DNA of 64,000 bases from the NCBI GenBank assembly GCA_902526175.1, contig CABZJY010000001.1, forward strand, positions 66,682 to 130,681, given 5' to 3'. Both the position numbers and the translations under genes were made by a program. The notes under the pieces were generated by a model. That model ran no database searches and was not told the DNA's origin. It saw only the letters and a list, made by a program, of their open reading frames with translations. Origin of the DNA: an uncultured Alphaproteobacteria bacterium. Lineage in GTDB: Bacteria > Pseudomonadota > Alphaproteobacteria > Methylaequorales > Methylaequoraceae. Shown here in pieces: positions 53,640 to 59,983 of the stretch. How positions within the stretch are numbered: the stretch's first letter is position 1; each line of letters starts with the position of its first letter.

Positions 53640-53770
53640 AGAAATTCTCTTTTTTCTCAATTCCTAGAAATAAAACAAGGAAGGAAACTATTGAAATAAT
53701 AAAAAATGCTCTCATTGCAAATGGGTGGAAATTTGTTGAAAAATCAGAAAGGAGTAAGATTAAGTCTTGA
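53636..53770 (+). CDS. Mini-ORF 2 (44 aa), cassette A
   Basis: MKKFSFFSIPRNKTRKETIEIIKNALIANGWKFVEKSERSKIKS, with its own AAAGGAG. Translationally coupled to mini-ORF 1. Its stop abuts module M1. Confidence 0.4.
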   Translation: MKKFSFFSIPRNKTRKETIEIIKNALIANGWKFVEKSERSKIKS

Positions 53771-54037
53771 GTCCGTGCAGAAGTCGTGCAGAAAATGACC
53801 TCATTTTCAATGCACTTTTCAATGCACTATTTTCAAAACCCCAAGAAATAAAGGGTTTTAGACCAAACACCGAGACACAGAAGTCTCATCGGCAAGGGCG
53901 GGCAATTGTTCGCCCTTGTTTGTTTTAAGCACAGTCACAAAGGGTTTCAGAGGACTCACTCATCACAAATAAGGGAAATAATAGTGCAATAAAGTACAGA
54001 CACTTTACAGACACTTTACAGACACTTTTGTTTGTTC
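53771..54037 (+). repeat. Module M1 (complete attP-like unit): left arm with 2x CAATGCAC, core, terminator, right arm with 3x TACAGACAC
   Basis: GTCCGTGCAGAAGTCGTGCAGAAAATGAC... CAATGCAC at 53808 and 53820. Core 53878-53926. TACAGACAC at 53995, 54006 and 54017. Ends TTTTGTTTGTTC. Confidence 0.85.
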
Positions 54038-54379
54038 AATATATGTTCTACTCTACATTTTGCAGACCCCAACATACACATCTCAAACACATCAAATGTA
54101 TAAATAGTTATAGATGATTATGGACTATGAGAAAATGTTAAGACACATGAACAATGTTTCTTGTGATATATGGAATGATTTAGTAATAGTTTAATTTATT
54201 GATTTTAAATTGAACACCTAGTCGATTAAACGAACTTTAACGGAAATTATAGGATTTAGAATCCATTCAGTTCTTTTGTAAGTCAATGTGAGTAGGATTT
54301 TTAAATTTATTAACACATAAATTTATAAACTTTTATACAGATCAATTATTAATGGAATAAAAATTGCTATTATGTTGGT

Positions 54380-55225
54380 ATGAAAGATAATGCAATAGGA
54401 TTAGTTAACGCCAAACATGGAAACTTCATGTTTTATAATTACGATTCATTTGTTGGAATGAGTATAAGAGAATACGGTGAGTGGTCGGAAAAATTACTAC
54501 AAAAAATTTTATCATTTATAAAAAAATCGGATTATATAATTGATATTGGTTCACATGTAGGTTTGATGAGTATACCAATTGCTAAAAAAGTTGGAGAAAA
54601 AGGGATGGTTTATTCTTTTGAACCTCAAAGAATGCTTTATAATCTTCAGTGTGGGAATCTCGCTTTAAATAACATAAAGAATATAGAAACTTTTAATGTC
54701 GCAATGGGCAAATCATCAAAACATATTTTACTTGATGATATTGACTATTCTGAAATAGGTAACTTTGGAGGTTTTGGGATAAAAAAAAATTATAATTATT
54801 CAGAATTTATTTCAATAAGAAAAAATAAAAAAATGAAAATAAAAATTCAAAATCTAGATAAATTTCTTAATTTAAAAAAATGTAATTTGATTAAACTAGA
54901 AGCAGAACAACTTGAAACTGAAATTCTAAAAGGAGGAAAAAAGTTTTTGGATAAATTTAGACCTATAATTGTTTCTGAGAATAACCCTAAAAATCCATAT
55001 ACACTTAATAAATATTTAATATCTCAAAACTACAAACTTTTTTGGTTTGAATACAAGTTCTTTAACGAAGATAATTATTTGGTAAATTCAAATAATTATT
55101 TCAAAAATTCAGGTAAATTTTACATATTTGCTTTTCCTAAAGAAAAAAAAATCAAAGACCCAGATATGGTTGAGATTGTTCGACCTGATCAAAAAAACAT
55201 GAATTACAATGGCAACCTTCAGTAA
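54380..55225 (+). CDS. FkbM-family SAM-dependent methyltransferase (cassette B)
   Basis: IIDIGSHVGLMSIPIAKK and VYSFEPQ motifs in the FkbM/Methyltransf_21 pattern. Confidence 0.65.
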   Translation: MKDNAIGLVNAKHGNFMFYNYDSFVGMSIREYGEWSEKLLQKILSFIKKSDYIIDIGSHVGLMSIPIAKKVGEKGMVYSFEPQRMLYNLQCGNLALNNIKNIETFNVAMGKSSKHILLDDIDYSEIGNFGGFGIKKNYNYSEFISIRKNKKMKIKIQNLDKFLNLKKCNLIKLEAEQLETEILKGGKKFLDKFRPIIVSENNPKNPYTLNKYLISQNYKLFWFEYKFFNEDNYLVNSNNYFKNSGKFYIFAFPKEKKIKDPDMVEIVRPDQKNMNYNGNLQ

Positions 55226-55362
55226 TTAAAAAATACTTCTGCATGGGAGTTTTTTTACTCCACAAAATTTGGTTTTACGCTTTTAAAGTTACACTATGAG
55301 AATCGGGATCTCTCCCTTTTGCATCAGTATAAACAAGATATTCAGTATCGATTTTCATTGTA

Positions 55363-55677
55363 TTATCGACTAATTGAACCTTTTAAACTTCCAGTAGAAT
55401 CAAAAATCTTTTTCTTATTTTTAATTCTTCCTTTGTATTTTCCATAAGGGTCATAAATCTTCCCACTACTTTCAATCTTTCCAAAAAACTTTCCATAAGG
55501 TGAGTATATACTTCCTTCTTTTGTTATTTTTCCTTTGTATTTTTCAAAGGGATCAAAAAAAAGACCATCATCAAATTTACCTTTGTATTTTCCATACTTA
55601 TCAAAGATTTTTTCATCTTCTGACTTCACTTCAAAAGATACAAACAAACAAATCAGAATCAGTAATATTTTTTGCAT
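55363..55677 (-). CDS. Small secreted protein with about five tandem [FY]-[DS]-x-[YF]-G-K-[YF]-K-G-[KR] repeats (cassette B)
   Basis: Signal peptide MQKILLILICLFVSFEV. Repeats: FDKYGKYKGKF, FDPFEKYKGKI, YSPYGKFFGKI, YDPYGKYKGRI and FDSTGSLKGSI. Confidence 0.5.
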   Translation of the reverse strand: MQKILLILICLFVSFEVKSEDEKIFDKYGKYKGKFDDGLFFDPFEKYKGKITKEGSIYSPYGKFFGKIESSGKIYDPYGKYKGRIKNKKKIFDSTGSLKGSISR

Positions 55678-55697
55678 AATTTATTGTAGCAGAAAAG

Positions 55698-55972
55698 TAG
55701 TCTGTGCAGAAGTCGTGCAGAAAATGACATCAATTTACAGACACTTTTACAGACACTTTTTAAGAACTCCGCAGAAACAGTGGGTCTTAGACCAAACACC
55801 GAGACACAGAAGTCTCATCGGCAAGGGCGGGCAATTGTTCGCCCTTGTTTGTTTTAGCGAAACTCACAAAGGGTTTCAGAGGATTCACTCAACAGAAAAT
55901 AAGGGAAAATAAAACGAGTAAAAGTGCAGACACACGCAGACACTAATGAGTGTTTTATATTTGTTCTATATG
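55698..55972 (+). repeat. Module M2: left arm with 2x TACAGACAC, core, terminator, right arm with 2x GCAGACAC
   Basis: TAGTCTGTGCAGAAGTCGTGCAGAAAATGAC... TACAGACAC at 55736 and 55748. Core 55807-55855. GCAGACAC at 55926 and 55936. Confidence 0.85.
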
Positions 55973-56054
55973 CATCTTTGGAAAATTCAAATATAATATA
56001 AAATACTTAAAGTAAGTAAAGAGTATATTGGTATAAAACTTGCTCCCTTAATTC

Positions 56055-57218
56055 ATGTATAAAACATCTTATTATGATGATTTTAAATGTATTGGATCAG
56101 AATGTCCTAATTCATGTTGCGTAGGTTGGGAGATAGATCTTGATATTAAAACTTTTCAAAAATATAGAGACTTGCATGATAGTAACATAAATAAATGCAT
56201 TTCTGTGAATCAAAAACCAACATATGACAAATTCGCAAAAATTAAAAATGTCAAGGATCAAAGATGTTCTTTTCTAGACAAAAATAATCTTTGTAATATT
56301 CAAAAAAAATATTCAGAAAAACTTCTATCTCCAACATGTTCAAATTTTCCAAGGCGGAAAGTTGATTTTGGGTCTAAACAATTGTCATCATGTTTACTAA
56401 GTTGTCCTGAAATATCGAGAATTTTTTTTGCAGACAATGAAGAATTTAAAATCATTGATGATGAGAAAAAATTAGTTGATACAAATTTAAAGATTATTCC
56501 TGACGAATTTAGGAACAATCTTTATGCAGTGTCTGGAGAAAGAGTCTTTAATTTCCTATATAAGTTATATAACAGTAGTGATATATCTCTAGAAAAATGT
56601 TTGATGATCACAAATCAAATTATTAACGAATTTTCTAATAAAAAAATAGAACCTCACGAACTTAATGAAGTTTTTAAGTATATAAAAAGTTTTTTTTTAA
56701 ATCATAAAATTGAAAAAAAAATAGATACAGAAATGCAACTAAACTTCTTAAAGAAATTTTTTAGATGTTTTCTAAACAAGAAAATTAATAATAAACTTAG
56801 TGAGTTAATTAACAAACTCTATGCAGATTGTTTTTTAAACAGAGACTTAAAAAAAATTAAATTATTATACGAAAAAAACAAATTACATAATTTCAATCAA
56901 TTTCTAATAAAACATCCAAATATATTTAAAAAATTTTTTATACATGAGTTCTTCGGTAAAACTCAATTGCTCACTAATGAAGATTTTGACTCTAATGACG
57001 GTTTTTATTTAATTTTTTTTATAGCATTGGTCTCTAAACTAATCATAATTTTAAATACTTTGTATAAAGACAAAATAGTCGTTGAGGATTTTATTGAGGT
57101 TATTTCTTTGGTCTCTAGATATTATGGTGGAAAAGATAATCTTGATAAAGACGAAAAAGAATTAGTATCTAAAGATAATCAAACCTTTGTGAATCTTTTT
57201 TATCTATTTTTTGGGTAA
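56055..57218 (+). CDS. FliB-like (flagellin lysine-N-methylase family) Cys-cluster protein (cassette C)
   Basis: The N-terminus YYDDFKCIGSECPNSCCVGWEIDLDIKTFQKYR matches the F.CIG..C...CC.GW.I..D..T..KY signature I recall for FliB/YkgJ-type Cys-cluster proteins. Confidence 0.55.
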   Translation: MYKTSYYDDFKCIGSECPNSCCVGWEIDLDIKTFQKYRDLHDSNINKCISVNQKPTYDKFAKIKNVKDQRCSFLDKNNLCNIQKKYSEKLLSPTCSNFPRRKVDFGSKQLSSCLLSCPEISRIFFADNEEFKIIDDEKKLVDTNLKIIPDEFRNNLYAVSGERVFNFLYKLYNSSDISLEKCLMITNQIINEFSNKKIEPHELNEVFKYIKSFFLNHKIEKKIDTEMQLNFLKKFFRCFLNKKINNKLSELINKLYADCFLNRDLKKIKLLYEKNKLHNFNQFLIKHPNIFKKFFIHEFFGKTQLLTNEDFDSNDGFYLIFFIALVSKLIIILNTLYKDKIVVEDFIEVISLVSRYYGGKDNLDKDEKELVSKDNQTFVNLFYLFFG

Positions 57219-57228
57219 AAAACTAAAG

Positions 57229-57517
57229 AAAAATGTTCCCAGATTACTATGGTTAAAAGTAAGTTCGTTCAGAAGTCGTTCTTAAAAAATAGAAAAACGC
57301 AGACACAAACGCAGACACTATTTTCAAAACCCTCAGAAATTAAGGGTTTTAGACCAAACACCGAGACACAGAAGTCTCATCGGCAAGGGCGGGCAATTGT
57401 TCGCCCTTGTTTGTTTTAGGGAGACTCACAAAGGGTTTCAGAGGATTAACTCTTCAACAAATAAGGGAAACAATAGTGCAATAAAGTACAGACACTTTAC
57501 AGACACTCTACAGACAC
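57229..57517 (+). repeat. Module M3: extended left arm with 2x ACGCAGACAC, core, terminator, right arm with 3x TACAGACAC
   Basis: AAAAATGTTCCCAGATTACTATGGTTAAAAGTAAGTTCGTTCAGAAGTCGTTC... ACGCAGACAC at 57297 and 57309. Core 57369-57417. TACAGACAC at 57487, 57498 and 57509. Confidence 0.85.
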
Positions 57518-57581
57518 TTTTTAAGAATACCAAGAAACAAAGGGACTTAAGTCATTTACCAAGACACAGGAATCTCATCTA
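57518..57581 (+). repeat. Module M3b: decayed left arm plus left half of core only (right end of the empty cassette D)
   Basis: TTTTTAAGAATACCAAGAAACAAAGGGACTTAAGTCATTTACCAAGACACAGGAATCTCATCT aligns with the M2 left arm TTTTTAAGAACTCCGCAGAAACAGTGGGTCTTAGACCAAACACCGAGACACAGAAGTCTCATCGG. Confidence 0.65.
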
Positions 57582-57753
57582 ATTTTTTGAAGTTTAAAAT
57601 GAAATTTGTGTCAATTTTTTCAATGTTAGTATTGAAATAACCCACCTTATAGATTGCTCCAAATTAAAGTATTTCTTAGATTTCAGATTTGATCATTATT
57701 TAAAATTGGCAAGAAACTTTGTTTAATGCTAATTTTCAATTTGAGATTTTAAT

Positions 57754-58509
57754 ATGCCAAAATATGAAATTAAATCTAAAACAAATAATTTAACATTCAA
57801 AAGATCAGATGGATCCCTTGGAGTAGTAGAAATTAGATTTTTTATTGAAGCAATTAAAGAATTTAACAGAATTATAAGAATTTTTGATGATGTAGAAATC
57901 CCGATTGGAGATATTTTAGGACTCAGGAATCTCAGTGCCTTCGTAGGAGAAGTTTTTAATCGATCAGTAAAAAAAATATCGGGTGGGTATATACAAAATA
58001 ATCCCCATCAAGATGGTTATCCCGACCTATTGATTATGGATAATATAGGAAAAAACTTATGGGACAAATTATCATCTCAACACCACGAAAAAGAACCTTT
58101 TAGTCCTTTTGTAGCGGGCGGAATAGAGGTAAAAGCAACATGTGGAGATCTTAAAAGTGGAAAATGGTTTACCGAAAAAAATATTCCTAAACCCATCATT
58201 GGTGACCAAAGATTGGAATGGGTTACGGGTTATAATTGGAAAGCACATCATAGAGAAACAAATAATCTAATTGGTTTGATATGGGATTTTGTAGAAAGAA
58301 AACCCACTATTGTTAGCATAATGTATTCTAATAATCTTAAGGAAGAAGATTGGGGCAAGACTGTAACTCCAAAAGAAGGAGGTGGAAGAACAACTTCTGT
58401 TAGTATAATGAATAAGATGGGAATTAAAAAAATGAAAGATGGAATAATATTATTGATAAATGACCAAAAATATTCAGTCCCTTTCATTAAAAAATTAAGT
58501 AAATATTAA
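57754..58509 (+). CDS. Putative type II restriction endonuclease, PD-(D/E)XK fold (cassette E)
   Basis: GYPDLLIMD ... GGIEVKATCG (PD...ExK). Convergent with the adjacent C5-MTase and overlapping it by 15 nt. Confidence 0.55.
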   Translation: MPKYEIKSKTNNLTFKRSDGSLGVVEIRFFIEAIKEFNRIIRIFDDVEIPIGDILGLRNLSAFVGEVFNRSVKKISGGYIQNNPHQDGYPDLLIMDNIGKNLWDKLSSQHHEKEPFSPFVAGGIEVKATCGDLKSGKWFTEKNIPKPIIGDQRLEWVTGYNWKAHHRETNNLIGLIWDFVERKPTIVSIMYSNNLKEEDWGKTVTPKEGGGRTTSVSIMNKMGIKKMKDGIILLINDQKYSVPFIKKLSKY

Positions 58510-59817
58510 TTGCTTTTGAATTAATGTTTCATTCAAGTCAAAGTTTTTCGAAGCAATACTTTGTAAATTTTTTAAAAGTATTTCTATGATTAATGGAGGA
58601 ACGCTCTCGCCAAGTGTGTCTCTTATAGTTGTTAGTTTAGCATCAACACCTTTGCATGTTTCAAAATAAAAATCTTCATTTGATATTGTATGTAATAAGC
58701 ATGCCTCTCTTATTGAAAGTGACCTATTTTGCTCTGGGTGTATCTTATTATCACTACAAACATAAGGAAAATTTCGAGTTATAGCAGAAGCAGGCAAGTC
58801 CCAATCCATTCTTTTATAAGCACTTGTAAAACCAGTCATAATCTGAATTTTTCCATTTTTTTTAATTGATGGTCTTGGAAGTAAAGCATTACAATTTTTA
58901 CAATAAACTGGAGTATCTCTTGAAGACTTATTAACTCCAAATGAATTTTTATTGCTTGAATGAAGTTTATTTTTGTTAAATCCACAACTTACACATTGAT
59001 TATCAAAAGCAGATTTGTTTAAGGGAGTATTGCTTACCCACCAAAATTTCATTTCATCTAATTTAGGCACTTTATGGAGAGGATCATTAAAGGAATTAGT
59101 TTTAGTCTTACCATCTAATTTTTCTAGACTACCAATTACATCCCTAACAGTTACCCATTTCATTAATCCTTCATTAGAGTTTTTTGAATGTGTCTTCGGG
59201 GGAAAAAAAGAACCATAATTCATTTTATGTTTCTTTATAAGGTCACTCCTAGTAGCAATAGTAATCAATCTCAATCGACGCTGGGGTATACCATAATCAG
59301 CAAATTCTATGACTTTTGGTTCAACTTCATATTCTGTAAGAGTATTTTTTATTATCTCAATAATAGGCAATATTTTTCCATCAAAAGGAATACTTGTATT
59401 GATCATTTCTGATACATTTTCAAAAATTACCGTGGTTGGTTTTAATTCTTTTATAATTTCTAATGCAGGTATTATTAATAAATTTCTAGGATCGATTTTA
59501 GGTCTTCTACCGGCATTTATTTCTGCTAAGAGTTTACCTCTTCCATTTTTAGACATTCCTTGACACGGAGGGGTAACAAGAGCGTAATCTAATTTATGTC
59601 CATTAAGTTTTAATAAAGTTTGTTGTATAATTTCTGATTTCTTTTCATTAATGTCACCCTCAATTAAGTGTGTTTCTGGAAAATTTCGCCGAAATAACTT
59701 ACATCTATCTTCAAGTAACTCATTTGCAACGATAGTCTCAATATTACATCTTTTTAGTGCTATATCACCTATTCCAGAGGATGAAAATAAACTAATCGCT
59801 TTATATCTATTATCCAT
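58495..59817 (-). CDS. DNA (cytosine-5)-methyltransferase (cassette E)
   Basis: Motif I LFSSSGIGD, IV TPPCQGMS, VI FENVSEM, VIII PQRRLRL and X GESVPP. Confidence 0.85.
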   Translation of the reverse strand: MDNRYKAISLFSSSGIGDIALKRCNIETIVANELLEDRCKLFRRNFPETHLIEGDINEKKSEIIQQTLLKLNGHKLDYALVTPPCQGMSKNGRGKLLAEINAGRRPKIDPRNLLIIPALEIIKELKPTTVIFENVSEMINTSIPFDGKILPIIEIIKNTLTEYEVEPKVIEFADYGIPQRRLRLITIATRSDLIKKHKMNYGSFFPPKTHSKNSNEGLMKWVTVRDVIGSLEKLDGKTKTNSFNDPLHKVPKLDEMKFWWVSNTPLNKSAFDNQCVSCGFNKNKLHSSNKNSFGVNKSSRDTPVYCKNCNALLPRPSIKKNGKIQIMTGFTSAYKRMDWDLPASAITRNFPYVCSDNKIHPEQNRSLSIREACLLHTISNEDFYFETCKGVDAKLTTIRDTLGESVPPLIIEILLKNLQSIASKNFDLNETLIQKQLIFT

Positions 59818-59983
59818 TTTGATATCAAAAACTATATCTATATAATTATAAACTAATCAATTATTTTTATCATACATCGTTCATCTTCTTTTTCAAACTA
59901 CACTAACATCTTTGTCCGCCGAAGTTATTAAAAACTTTTACCAAGATGTAGGAAATCAAAAACAAATGGTAAATGACCACATA

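Noticed and set aside
53995-54025. Whether the tandem 8-10-nt motifs are simple slippage microsatellites that phase-vary the adjacent R-M genes.
   Set aside because: They lie outside the coding regions and not within promoter -10/-35 spacers that I can identify. The same motif recurs at the opposite end of the same cassette in a consistent 3 + 2 pattern, and the 10-12-nt spacing fits one helical turn. Protein-binding arm sites explain this better. Copy-number variation cannot be excluded.
55535-55912. Track ORFs that run through the repeat modules: 55535-55912 (+), 57397-57582 (+) and 60003-60203 (+).
   Set aside because: They traverse the tmRNA-derived core, its terminator hairpin and the tandem arm motifs. 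The reading frame is not preserved between module copies (indels of 1-2 nt between copies). The first also runs antisense to a better-supported signal-peptide ORF. I treat them as non-coding repeat sequence.
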